Positions 1-9,328 of a stretch of 40,294 nt of DNA are shown here, in pieces. The stretch covers positions 1 through 40,294 of the forward strand of contig JAVZGN010000007.1 of assembly GCA_038872135.1 (NCBI GenBank). The letters are read 5' to 3'. The notes beneath the pieces are model-generated. The model ran no database searches and was not told where the DNA came from. It worked only from the letters and a program-made list of their open reading frames with translations. The translations under genes were made by a program, and so were the position numbers. This DNA comes from Candidatus Hadarchaeales archaeon (GTDB taxonomy: Archaea; Hadarchaeota; Hadarchaeia; Hadarchaeales; Hadarchaeaceae). How positions within the stretch are numbered: position 1 is the first letter of the stretch; every line of letters starts with the position of its first letter.

Positions 1-1537
1 CTTTTGTTACAGTTTGGGGACGCGTTGTTCCATCCACGTGGACTATTGCTGGAACCTTTTTTCTCTCCGATTCTTTTACTTTAAACGTTAAGAGCATGAA
101 GGGGGATTCCCTCGGCTTTTCAAAATATTCGTCGATCGCCTCTAGCAAAATAGAGGGGGCTAACGGACGCCAAGGCTCCCTACCTTTTATCTTATTTACT
201 GTGCTCCACATTTCCTTTTTGGTGGGGTCTGCAAGGATGCTTCGGTTCCCCAGAGCCCTTGGACCAATTTCCATCCTTCCTTGGAACCATCCCACAATTT
301 TTCCTTTGGCAAGCAATTCCGCTGTAATGCCCGCAATGTCATCATATTTTTCATATTTTATTTTATTATTTTTGAGCATAGTTTCTATTTTCTCGCAAGA
401 AAACTCGGGGCCCCAGTAAGCGTGGGTTAGTTTGAATTTTGGTTTTTCGCCCAGCATCGCGGCGCATGCTAATGCAGCGCCCACGGCCACTCCACCATCG
501 TTAGTTGCGGGAAAAATGTGCAAATCCTCTACTAACCCCGAATTTATTATACGAGAATTTGCGGTACAATTTAACGCAACTCCGCCGCCCAAAACGCATG
601 TTCTAATGTTCGTTCGCCGAATGACATACTCCACGCATTTTAAGATGGCTCTCTCAAGAAAATCCTGCGCACAGTAAGCGAGATTCCGATACTCCTTTTC
701 CAAAGGACTTTGGGTAGTTCTCGGAGGAAATCCTAAAATGTCACTCCTGAGAAATTTTATTTTTCTTCTATAAAGCGGGGCATTTAAATCGATGTGCGCC
801 TCGATTTTTTCCATCATCTCTTTGGATGGCTCTCCATATGGAGCTAGACCCATCGTCTTTCCAGCCCCTAGCCAACCAAGCCCAAGATAATTTGTAACTT
901 CCTCGTAAAAAAAGCCTAAAGAGTTTTGCTCGCTCTCTTCTCTTATTTTTTCAATCGAATTATCGATTCCCTGCCACAGAACTGTTGAATTTAGTTCCCC
1001 TTGAGCATCTATCGTGACGATTGAAGCATCTTTGAATCCAGATGTATAAAATGATGCGGCAGCGTGGGCCAGATGATGCTCAAAATATATTACTTTTGCT
1101 CGAATCTCATCAAAAGTTCTTTTTACCGTTGGAGCAACATACTCGTTATACCAATATCTCTCTATTGGCCTGAATTTTTTCCGATATATCTTGGCTCTAC
1201 TGATCGCTCCGCCTTGAGAAGTTTCTCTCCGGAAAAGTCTGAAAAAAGACTGTATAAAATATTGGACCATTCCTTCAATAGAACTTAGTGCGTTGCGTCT
1301 TAACCATAAACTAGGATCCCAGCCTACTGCGATGTAATCAATGTCATCTAAGGAAAGATTTGCGTAATCCAAACAAAACTTAGCTGCTCGGACTGGTGGA
1401 GCACTCGTATGCTTCACGCGGTCGAATCTCTCTTCCTCCGCCGCGGCTACGAGCTTTCCATCCTTTACGAGCGCTGCACATGTGTCGTGCCCTAGCCCCG
1501 CCGCGTAAAGTCCCAAGATATTCATCAGTGTATCCAT
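1..1537 (-). CDS. Carbamoyltransferase (NodU/CmcH/TobZ family), 3' end runs off the window
   Basis: Not in the ORF track because the stop lies outside the window. Both ends translated by hand in the same frame: from ATG 1537 (or 1525) MNILGLYAAGLGHDTCAALVKDGKLVAAAEEERFDRVKH, and at the window edge VPAIVHVDGTTRPQTV. Both are family motifs. Confidence 0.93.
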   Translation of the reverse strand, partial: MDTLMNILGLYAAGLGHDTCAALVKDGKLVAAAEEERFDRVKHTSAPPVRAAKFCLDYANLSLDDIDYIAVGWDPSLWLRRNALSSIEGMVQYFIQSFFRLFRRETSQGGAISRAKIYRKKFRPIERYWYNEYVAPTVKRTFDEIRAKVIYFEHHLAHAAASFYTSGFKDASIVTIDAQGELNSTVLWQGIDNSIEKIREESEQNSLGFFYEEVTNYLGLGWLGAGKTMGLAPYGEPSKEMMEKIEAHIDLNAPLYRRKIKFLRSDILGFPPRTTQSPLEKEYRNLAYCAQDFLERAILKCVEYVIRRTNIRTCVLGGGVALNCTANSRIINSGLVEDLHIFPATNDGGVAVGAALACAAMLGEKPKFKLTHAYWGPEFSCEKIETMLKNNKIKYEKYDDIAGITAELLAKGKIVGWFQGRMEIGPRALGNRSILADPTKKEMWSTVNKIKGREPWRPLAPSILLEAIDEYFEKPRESPFMLLTFKVKESERKKVPAIVHVDGTTRPQTVTK

Positions 1538-1625
1538 GTTTCGAAAGTTTAAAAAACCTTATTGCTGAGCTGGACATCCGTCGTCGAATCTTGTAAATCG
1601 CTCAGAGACTGCGAGCTACAGCTTC

Positions 1626-3176
1626 TCATGGAGGGGTTAATTTTCTAAAAACTTGAAGAACCCATTTAGGTACGGGCACAACTTTTTTAAGCAAAAGTAA
1701 ATCTTCCCGCTCGATTGCCTTCAACCTAAGTAGCCATAGGCTATAAAAGATCAGGCTTAACAATAATACAAGAAATGTCTCGAAAAAGACGGGCAGGTCG
1801 AGAATGATTTTTAGCCCCCATATTATCAGCAGCGAAATTGCGCCTCCAGCGAGTATTTTTATAATTGACTTAGCAGACATTCTTAATTGAAATAGCCTTC
1901 TGGCAAAAAATAGAGAAAGGAAAAATCCCCAAATCGTTGGAACTAAAAATGCAAAGCTTGCACCTTCAATTCCGAAAGATGGAATCAAAAAAAGTGCAAA
2001 TAATGCTATAAGGGGATAAGTTATCCACAGGTTTAATGTGACTAAAGCTGGCTTCCCCACGCCCGCAACAGCACAATTTATCAACACTGTAAAATTAGAA
2101 ATTGTAACATAAACCGAAAGGATTTGAAGAGCAGAGCTGGCCCCTATGTATTTTGGACCAAATATCAAGGAAATGACGAGTTCTGGAAAAACAAGAAAAA
2201 TGAGAACAACGAATGTCAGGATGACTAATGAAAATTTAAGTACGATCTCCATTGTACGAGCAATTAAAGATTTTTCTCCTCTAGCCCACATCTCGGAAAT
2301 CATGGGGAAAAGAGAAGGGGTGATGAACGCATGAAAATTTCCCAATAAACTCGCAAGCGGCAGTGCTACTTGGAAAAGTCCTACCTCCGAAAACGTGCGA
2401 AAAGCTGTTAAAAAGATCGTCACAAGGGGGACAAAAACTATCGCTGCAAATCCACTCATCTGAGCTGGTATTGCAAAAGAAAAGAGTTTCTTGAACAGGG
2501 ATCGAGACAGTTTAATTTTAGTCGCGAAAATCTGCGAATGCCTTTTCAAAAGAATCGCGAATACAATAATGGCTACAATTCCAATTCCCACAAAATAACC
2601 TAACGCAACACCACACAAGTTTGGTAAAATTGTAACAAATAACAACAGAAAAACGAGAAGAAGAAATGAATACAAAAAATCATTCAAGACAAATGCATCT
2701 ATATCCTGAACCCCCAGCAGAGAAAACTTGGCTACATAGTAGCACCCATCAAAGAAAAACCATCCCCCCATTAATTTCAAAATTAACGAAGATTTTGGAG
2801 AATGAAAGAGTCCCACAGCAATTTGATCGGAAAAAATTATTACCAGCAGTAAAATAATTGATGAATAAATTACTGTAACAAAAAAGCAAATTGCTATTGA
2901 AGATTTCATATTGTCATACTCTTTCCTTACATTAAATTCTGGAAGATACTTCAACATAGATTGATTAAACCCTAAATCTCGAAAAGAGAAAATAGAAAAA
3001 AATGCTATGGTAGCAAAGAAGACCCCATAATCTTCTCGGCTAAGACTTCTTGTTAGAAATATTCTGACGAAAAGACCAATAAAACTGGCAAAAATCCAAA
3101 CTATAAATAGCATGGTGCTGGCCCTAACCAAATACCTCGCTCGACTTTTTGATTCGCTTTTCGCTGTTTCAGTCAT
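1626..3176 (-). CDS. Oligosaccharide flippase (Wzx/MOP superfamily)
   Basis: 516 aa with many hydrophobic segments. Motifs LTRSLSREDYG, DLGFNQSMLKY, EVGLFQVA and LIPSFGIEGA are typical of Polysacc_synt proteins. Confidence 0.9.
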   Translation of the reverse strand: MTETAKSESKSRARYLVRASTMLFIVWIFASFIGLFVRIFLTRSLSREDYGVFFATIAFFSIFSFRDLGFNQSMLKYLPEFNVRKEYDNMKSSIAICFFVTVIYSSIILLLVIIFSDQIAVGLFHSPKSSLILKLMGGWFFFDGCYYVAKFSLLGVQDIDAFVLNDFLYSFLLLVFLLLFVTILPNLCGVALGYFVGIGIVAIIVFAILLKRHSQIFATKIKLSRSLFKKLFSFAIPAQMSGFAAIVFVPLVTIFLTAFRTFSEVGLFQVALPLASLLGNFHAFITPSLFPMISEMWARGEKSLIARTMEIVLKFSLVILTFVVLIFLVFPELVISLIFGPKYIGASSALQILSVYVTISNFTVLINCAVAGVGKPALVTLNLWITYPLIALFALFLIPSFGIEGASFAFLVPTIWGFFLSLFFARRLFQLRMSAKSIIKILAGGAISLLIIWGLKIILDLPVFFETFLVLLLSLIFYSLWLLRLKAIEREDLLLLKKVVPVPKWVLQVFRKLTPP

Positions 3177-3209
3177 TTTTACCCCTTCCGGCCTATTTTT
3201 TTGCTTTTA

Positions 3210-4319
3210 CTATTTCTGCTCATAAACTTCCCTGTAAATTTCTAATGTTCTTTTCGCTGTTTTTTCCCAGGAAAATTTCTTTGCTCTTTTCAACCCTTTC
3301 TCTATCAAGGCTTCCCGGAGGCCGTCATCTGTGAGAACGCTATATATCGCATTTGCAAATCCCTCGACATCATTTGGATTTTTCATTATCCCAGCATCCC
3401 CAACTACTTCTGGTAATGCTGCAACATTGGAAGTAACCGCCGGCAACCCACATGCCATGGCCTCCAATGGCGGAAGGCCAAACCCTTCATAAATCGATGG
3501 ATATACTAAAACATCCGCCGAGTTGTAATATGCGGGCAAATCTTTTTCGGAAACATGGCCAATGCAAGTTATATTTTTGATCAAATTGAGCTCCGCAGCC
3601 AGATTTAAAAATTCTTTACCTGCACTTCCAATTTTTATCAGCTTTATTTCGGAAATCTTTTTCTTAACTTTATAAAGGGCTTTTAACAGGACATTTGTGT
3701 TTTCTCTTAACTCAGAACCCCCTACATGTAAAATGATTTTTTCTGTCAAGGTTTTTGGTGGCTTAAAATTTTTGAGTGGTTTATACATTTTTGTGTCCAC
3801 GCCCAGATGCGTAACATCTATCTGCTCTTTGGGATAACCCAATTTTTTTGTAATCTCATTTTTTGTAAATTCTGAAATCGCGATTATCCTCTTAGCCTTC
3901 ACCAAAGCTTTCGACCATGCATTCGTTTCAAACATGAAAAAATGATAATCTATGAACCCCTGATTTTTCCGCAGTTCTGATCTCAGCTTTGGATCCTCAC
4001 GCACATAGAGATTAAACACATCGTATACCGTTACGATCGATCTATCTGGATTAATTTCATGGAGCAAATATGACTGCTGCTGACCAGTTATGTGGACTAT
4101 GCCATCCCGCAACTTCCTCTTGACCGTCAATGGATAAAGAACATATCTTTGAAAAGGTGCAATTATGGGGAGTGCCTCATATTCTATTAAGTTAAAATCA
4201 ACCTTATCTTTCAACAGTGTGTAAATCATTTTACGATATCGCCCGACACCCGTCATTCTGGACTCTCTCTCACCCACAAAGTAATTTACCAGCATTCTAT
4301 TCATATCAAACTTGAACAT
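3210..4319 (-). CDS. Glycosyltransferase family 4 (GT-B)
   Basis: YPSIYEGFGLPPLEAMACG (EX7E motif) and a C-terminal FSWEKTA. Confidence 0.95.
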   Translation of the reverse strand: MFKFDMNRMLVNYFVGERESRMTGVGRYRKMIYTLLKDKVDFNLIEYEALPIIAPFQRYVLYPLTVKRKLRDGIVHITGQQQSYLLHEINPDRSIVTVYDVFNLYVREDPKLRSELRKNQGFIDYHFFMFETNAWSKALVKAKRIIAISEFTKNEITKKLGYPKEQIDVTHLGVDTKMYKPLKNFKPPKTLTEKIILHVGGSELRENTNVLLKALYKVKKKISEIKLIKIGSAGKEFLNLAAELNLIKNITCIGHVSEKDLPAYYNSADVLVYPSIYEGFGLPPLEAMACGLPAVTSNVAALPEVVGDAGIMKNPNDVEGFANAIYSVLTDDGLREALIEKGLKRAKKFSWEKTAKRTLEIYREVYEQK

Positions 4320-4527
4320 GAGATTTAAGAACTTACATACAATCCGTCAAAACTCCAGCTCCAAAAAGCTCCTTTCTGCCATCTGAGCGCGAGTGCGAGA
4401 TTATGGACAACTACATTAAAAGAATGCTCAAAACTTTCTCGCATTCTTGTTTAACTCCATCCCAAGTTCTCTTATTTTCCGATGTACCAACAATCAAAGT
4501 TAAATACGTTCAAATCTAACAACACAC

Positions 4528-5211
4528 GTGCCTGTGTTGGATAAAAGATACGCGGGAAGTATGAAGATAGTTCAACGAGTGGCAGAGTTTCTAACCAACA
4601 CATTGGACAAACATCTCCCAGCGATTCAATTTTTCACAGAAAGAATCGTCGAGTACCCCTTCGTTCACTCCAATATTGAGAGGAAAGGGAAAATTCTCGA
4701 TGTGGGGTGTGGGAAAAGTTTCTTGCCTTTTGAACTAGCAAGCAGGGGTCATGAGGTCTATGGTATTGACCTGATCGATTATCCCCACTCGATCACCCAT
4801 CCGAACTTTAAATACATCCGGGGAGATGCTCGAAAAATGCCGTTTAAAAGTTCTTTTTTTGACGTGGTTGTTTCTGTTTCTGTTTTAGAACATCTTGTAG
4901 AATTTGGTCCTAATGAGGATGAAAGAGTCGTTGATGAAATCGCCAGAGTGCTAAAACCAAATGGAAAATTTATTTTGACCCTACCTTTTGGGAAAAGGAT
5001 GATTTTTAGGGGAAAAATAAAAGTTTACGATTTAAAATTGTTGAAAGAGCTTCTCACGAAATTTGAAATAATTAAAATAGAGTTTGCTAAGAAAAAAGGA
5101 GAGGTCTGGGTCCCTGCTTCTCTGAAAGAAGTCGAAAATCTACGGCACCCCAAATCGAATGGATGGCCGTGCTCAAGGGCTATCGCCCTGGTCGTTGCCA
5201 AAAAAAGATAA
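4528..5211 (+). CDS. Class I SAM-dependent methyltransferase
   Basis: ILDVGCG, GDARKMPF..FDVV, SVLEH and RVLKPNG. Alternative start ATG at 4561. Confidence 0.9.
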   Translation: MPVLDKRYAGSMKIVQRVAEFLTNTLDKHLPAIQFFTERIVEYPFVHSNIERKGKILDVGCGKSFLPFELASRGHEVYGIDLIDYPHSITHPNFKYIRGDARKMPFKSSFFDVVVSVSVLEHLVEFGPNEDERVVDEIARVLKPNGKFILTLPFGKRMIFRGKIKVYDLKLLKELLTKFEIIKIEFAKKKGEVWVPASLKEVENLRHPKSNGWPCSRAIALVVAKKR

Positions 5212-5284
5212 ATTGAGTTCTCATCGGAATTTTTGCCTCTCCTGAAAAAAATGTGATCTATGATGACCGAGCGACGAAGGATTC

Positions 5285-5618
5285 ATGGGAATAAACACCA
5301 TGTGCTCAGACTGCGAATCGAAAGACATCAAGAGGGTGGGAAAGCACGAGTAAGTACAAAATCGAGAAATGCGGACGTTGTTTCGTTGGCCATAAACCAC
5401 TCCCGTCTGCTCGGTTAGGATATCTTTCTACAGCTGAAAAACCTTCGGTTACCCGCAAACACTGTTCGCATAGCGTTAGAAAACGCAAATATCCTAGCGT
5501 TTGGTTGGTAGTAAAAACCCCAAAATTAACAAAGGAGTTCACAAAGAACACCCCATCCTTTCTATACGTGTACGGACGAAAGTTCACGGCATATTATCTC
5601 TCAGACTTTACCTCATGA
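5285..5618 (+). pseudogene. Frameshifted remnant with an N-terminal zinc-ribbon-like segment (IS1-type transposase-like?)
   Basis: MGINTMCSDCESKDIKRVGKHE* (stop at 5351) continues in the +1 frame as KYKIEKCGRCF... to TGA 5618. Resembles CxxCxSxxxxKxG...YxCxxCGRxF. Confidence 0.3.
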
Positions 5619-5645
5619 ATCTCACATGAAGGATGATTTAGCGGT

Positions 5646-6944
5646 TCAAATTTCAGTCAGGACCGATCCCCAGAGTTCCGCCACCCACTTCTTCCTTCTC
5701 TCGATGCTTTTCCTTCTCCTGCTTTCCTGAAACAAAATTACCCCGATGAGGAGGATCCCAAAGATAATCCCGGCCCTTACGAGAAATTCTGTAATTTTAT
5801 CTGGTTGTGGCAGGATATACTTCACATACTTGCTACTCCAGTCCCTCCTGAAAATCTCTTCAACAGCTGAAGCCAGATTTTCATCTTCAAAATAGACCCC
5901 AAGCTCCCGCCTCCCGATCATCGAAGAGGCGCTCCAGTTTGCGCTGCCCACATAACCCGCCTTTCCATCTACCACTATTGTTTTTGAGTGATAAACACCG
6001 TTGCCTGGGAGTTCCGCACGCTTTATCTCCACTCTTGGTAATTCGTCGAGTGTCTTTATGTCGGGAAACTCATTTGGATCGCCGAATTCACTATCAACGA
6101 TTATTCTCACAAATGCGCCTCTCTCGGCTGCATTTTCTACTGCATTTTTAAGTGCTGAAGGGGGGCTCATAACATAGGTTGGGACATTGACAGTATTTTT
6201 TGCTGTTTTAAAGAGGTACACAACCGTCTCAAGAGTTGTTGGAACCCATGAGGGACAGTCGAGGGGCGTAGCTACTGGCTTTATCCAGCTGATGGGCCAG
6301 CCATTTTCAAACTCCGATGGAGGAATGTTCCTAGACCACCCCGCTTCAAAGATGTTCGTCATGGCCCTTCCAAAGATTTCTCCCTTGACTAAAACTCCTA
6401 TGTTCCTGCTTTCTGTCATGGCGCTGTTGCTGAGGTTGGCGCTGCTGACAATGACCGTTGCATTGTCTATGATAAAGACTTTGGAATGCATGGGAAGCCT
6501 TGACTGCCGGATCTCGATGTTCGGGTGGTTGTCCATTGATTGGAATAAGAATTTTTCCGCGTCTCCCTTGATGGCCTCCCGATACATTTCATTATCCATT
6601 AAAATTCTTACCCTAACACCCCTTGAGGCCGCTTCTCGGATTGCATTGCTTATCTGAGCCACCGGACCGCTTGAATACCAATACCAACTGAAAACCTCCA
6701 TATCTAGTGAGAATTTTGCATTTGCGACTTCTTCTTTTATCACATCCGGAATATTTCTGATATCCGGGTGATCTAAGGCTGGTGGCGCCACCTCAATGAT
6801 TTCAGCAAATATGTTGTCTCTCAGTGTTGCTGAGCCGAGAAAATTGTATTGGATATATTGAACCGATGTAGCAATATGAATCCCGCCGGAAATGGCTAGC
6901 GAAACCGCGAAGAGCGCACCCAGCGTGAACAGATATCTTCTCAT
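5646..6944 (-). CDS. Membrane-anchored phospholipase D family protein with two HKD motifs
   Basis: HSKVFIID...SSANLS and HSKTIVVD...GSANWS. N-terminal signal/TM segment and a C-terminal TM followed by RRRK. Confidence 0.88.
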   Translation of the reverse strand: MRRYLFTLGALFAVSLAISGGIHIATSVQYIQYNFLGSATLRDNIFAEIIEVAPPALDHPDIRNIPDVIKEEVANAKFSLDMEVFSWYWYSSGPVAQISNAIREAASRGVRVRILMDNEMYREAIKGDAEKFLFQSMDNHPNIEIRQSRLPMHSKVFIIDNATVIVSSANLSNSAMTESRNIGVLVKGEIFGRAMTNIFEAGWSRNIPPSEFENGWPISWIKPVATPLDCPSWVPTTLETVVYLFKTAKNTVNVPTYVMSPPSALKNAVENAAERGAFVRIIVDSEFGDPNEFPDIKTLDELPRVEIKRAELPGNGVYHSKTIVVDGKAGYVGSANWSASSMIGRRELGVYFEDENLASAVEEIFRRDWSSKYVKYILPQPDKITEFLVRAGIIFGILLIGVILFQESRRRKSIERRKKWVAELWGSVLTEI

Positions 6945-7060
6945 GCCCACCCCCTTCTATCCAGAGAGAAAAAAAGGTTGCTGTCGACCGGCGACCGATT
7001 CAGCCCACTCCCTCACCGGATGTGCTTTTATCTGGGACGACACAGTTAAAAAAGGGAAAA

Positions 7061-7453
7061 ATGGACATCCAGGCAAAAGTTGTGACCCTGTTCATCGGCG
7101 CAGGTGGGTTGGCAGGAATTTTGTCTGGCATGGCGCAAAATGGGTGGGTAGCAGTGGGGCTGGCCCTGCTCATCTTTTATCTTGTTTACAGGTTTGCTTC
7201 AAAACTGCTGAGATTCCAGCCTTCTGAGTTTCCCCCGAGAAAAATAGCCACCACTGGATTTTTCCCCCACTTCATCGCCTGGCTCATCCTGTGGATCGCT
7301 GTTTACACCAATCTCCTCGTGGGGGCCATCATCCCCCTCGTCCTCTTCATCCTGGTATGTGTTCTCGGCTATCTAATCCTGCTCTCGAAATTGGAGCTGC
7401 CGAAACCTACTGCCCAAGAAGGACAGGCCCAGGCGACTAAGGCTTCTCAGTAA
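7061..7453 (+). CDS. Small membrane protein, DUF5379/archaeal EMC6-like
   Basis: About four hydrophobic helices. GFFPHFIAWLILWIAVYT resembles the third helix of archaeal EMC6-like proteins (recalled, not searched). Confidence 0.5.
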   Translation: MDIQAKVVTLFIGAGGLAGILSGMAQNGWVAVGLALLIFYLVYRFASKLLRFQPSEFPPRKIATTGFFPHFIAWLILWIAVYTNLLVGAIIPLVLFILVCVLGYLILLSKLELPKPTAQEGQAQATKASQ

Positions 7454-7510
7454 CATCAGCATTTGTTCTTGCCTTTTAACCAGGCTCCACCCAAATATTT
7501 GAGGGGAAAA

Positions 7511-8158
7511 ATGTCTACCCTGAAAATAGTAGCCGACCACAGGGAGTCCTCATCTGGAATTATAGAGCTTTTGAAAGAACTAGGAGCGGGAGTGAGCATC
7601 AGGCAACTTCAGCTTGGCGACTTCATTGTCGGGGAAGAGGTTGTGGTTGAGAGGAAATCTGCGGATGATTTTCTGCAGTCGTTGATCGATGGCCGCCTCC
7701 ATGAACAGGCAAAAGCCATGAGTGAAAATTTCCGGTGCCCGGTGCTGATAATCGAAGGAGACGATATCTACAACCGGCGGAAAATCCATCCAAACGCCAT
7801 AAGGGGAGCTCTCGCAGCTTTGGCTATCGACTTCAGAATTCCGATTCTATGGAGCAGAGATGAGAGGGAAACCGCCGAGCTCCTGCTTGCGCTCGCTAGG
7901 AGAAAGCAACTGAAAGAGGAAAAGCCACTTCCTCTCAGAAGAAAGCTTGGGACGGCAGATTTTCAGAGGTTCATAGTTGAGAGTCTGCCTGGAGTCTCGG
8001 CGGTTCTTGCGAGAAGGCTTCTTGACCACTTCAGGACTGTCGAGAAAATCATGTGCGCCAGCGAAAAGGAGCTGATGGAGGTTGAGGGAATTGGGAAGAA
8101 AAAGGTGGCAGAGATAAGAAAGGTTCTCACCCAAGAATACCCTTCACAACTTTCCTGA
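7511..8158 (+). CDS. Stand-alone XPF/ERCC4 structure-specific endonuclease with (HhH)2 domain
   Basis: IVADHRE, GDFIV..VVERKS..DF, LIIEG, and HhH motifs LPGVS and VEGIGKK. No helicase domain. Confidence 0.9.
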   Translation: MSTLKIVADHRESSSGIIELLKELGAGVSIRQLQLGDFIVGEEVVVERKSADDFLQSLIDGRLHEQAKAMSENFRCPVLIIEGDDIYNRRKIHPNAIRGALAALAIDFRIPILWSRDERETAELLLALARRKQLKEEKPLPLRRKLGTADFQRFIVESLPGVSAVLARRLLDHFRTVEKIMCASEKELMEVEGIGKKKVAEIRKVLTQEYPSQLS

Positions 8159-9284
8159 TACCATCGATGCCTTCTAGGATGCTTTTCGGCGAGGCGGCAA
8201 AGCTCAGCCTGATGTGGCCCTCTCCATAAGGCCCGAAACCGCTCCCAGGGACTGCTGCCACCCCTGCATCCCTCAGCAGCCTCTCGCAGAATTCCACAGA
8301 CGTTATCCCTAGATTTTTTATGCTCGGGAAAGCGTAAAATGCACCCTTTGGCCTTGGGCAAGAGATTCCTTCGATGGAATTCAGACCCTCAGAGATTAGG
8401 TCCCTCCGCCTCCTGTACTCCTCTCTCATTTTTTCCACAAAATCCTGCGGGCCACGCAGGGCGGCGACCCCCGCCTGCTGGACGAAACCGGGAACACAGG
8501 AAGTCGAGGCCTGCTGCACTTTGTCCATCTCGGAGATCAGCTCCTGAGGGGCCACAGCGTACCCCAGCCTCCATCCCGTCATGGCATATGTCTTGGACAG
8601 CCCATTCACATAAATCGTTCTTTCCGGGGCCTCGGGGAAGACGCTCGCATGCTCGCCATCGTAGACGAGAGCATCGTAGATTTCATCTGAGAGGATCCAG
8701 AGGTTTTTCTCCACTGCTAGGTCGACCACCGCCTTGATGTCTCCTCTCTCCAGAACAGCGCCGGTGGGATTGTTTGGATAGTTCAGGAGAATTATCTTAG
8801 TTCTTCCTGTGATCGCCTTTTCAACATCCTCTGCGTGGAGCCGGAAGCCGTCCTCGCCAGAGGTTCTCACAAAAACTGGCCTACCTCCAGCCAGTAGAAC
8901 CATCGCCTCGTAGGTCCAGCATGGGCTTGGAATAATCACCTCATCTCCCTGATCGAGCGCCGCAACGAGAGCGCAGAAGATGGCATGCTTTGCCCCAGGG
9001 GTTATTATTATATTTTTTTGCGTTGCGGCTATCCCCTTCAATTTTAAATGCTCGACTATCGCCTCCTTCAGCTCTGGGATGCCTGTGCTCGGAGTGTATT
9101 TTGTCATGCCCTCTTTTAGCGCCTGGTATGCTGCTTCCTTTATGTGGTCGGGGGTGTCGAAATCTGGCTCACCGACTTCCAAATGCACGATTTTCCTCCC
9201 CTGACGTTCTAGTTCCTTTGCCAGAGCTAGAACCTTCAGAGTGCTCGAGGGAGGAATAAGTCCCATTTTTTCCGCAGCTTTCAT
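8127..9284 (-). CDS. PLP-dependent aminotransferase class I/II (aspartate aminotransferase-like)
   Basis: GEPDF, NYPNNPTG, SDEIY and SKTYAMTGWRLG. Confidence 0.95.
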   Translation of the reverse strand: MKAAEKMGLIPPSSTLKVLALAKELERQGRKIVHLEVGEPDFDTPDHIKEAAYQALKEGMTKYTPSTGIPELKEAIVEHLKLKGIAATQKNIIITPGAKHAIFCALVAALDQGDEVIIPSPCWTYEAMVLLAGGRPVFVRTSGEDGFRLHAEDVEKAITGRTKIILLNYPNNPTGAVLERGDIKAVVDLAVEKNLWILSDEIYDALVYDGEHASVFPEAPERTIYVNGLSKTYAMTGWRLGYAVAPQELISEMDKVQQASTSCVPGFVQQAGVAALRGPQDFVEKMREEYRRRRDLISEGLNSIEGISCPRPKGAFYAFPSIKNLGITSVEFCERLLRDAGVAAVPGSGFGPYGEGHIRLSFAASPKSILEGIDGIRKVVKGILG

Positions 9285-9328
9285 TTTACCTCTACTATTT
9301 TATGATGCCAATTTAAACGGATTTTGAC

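Noticed and set aside
96-1596. Short ORFs in the track (96-419, 432-677, 1064-1288, 1380-1577, 1396-1596)
   Set aside because: They are shadows of the - strand carbamoyltransferase, which the track missed.
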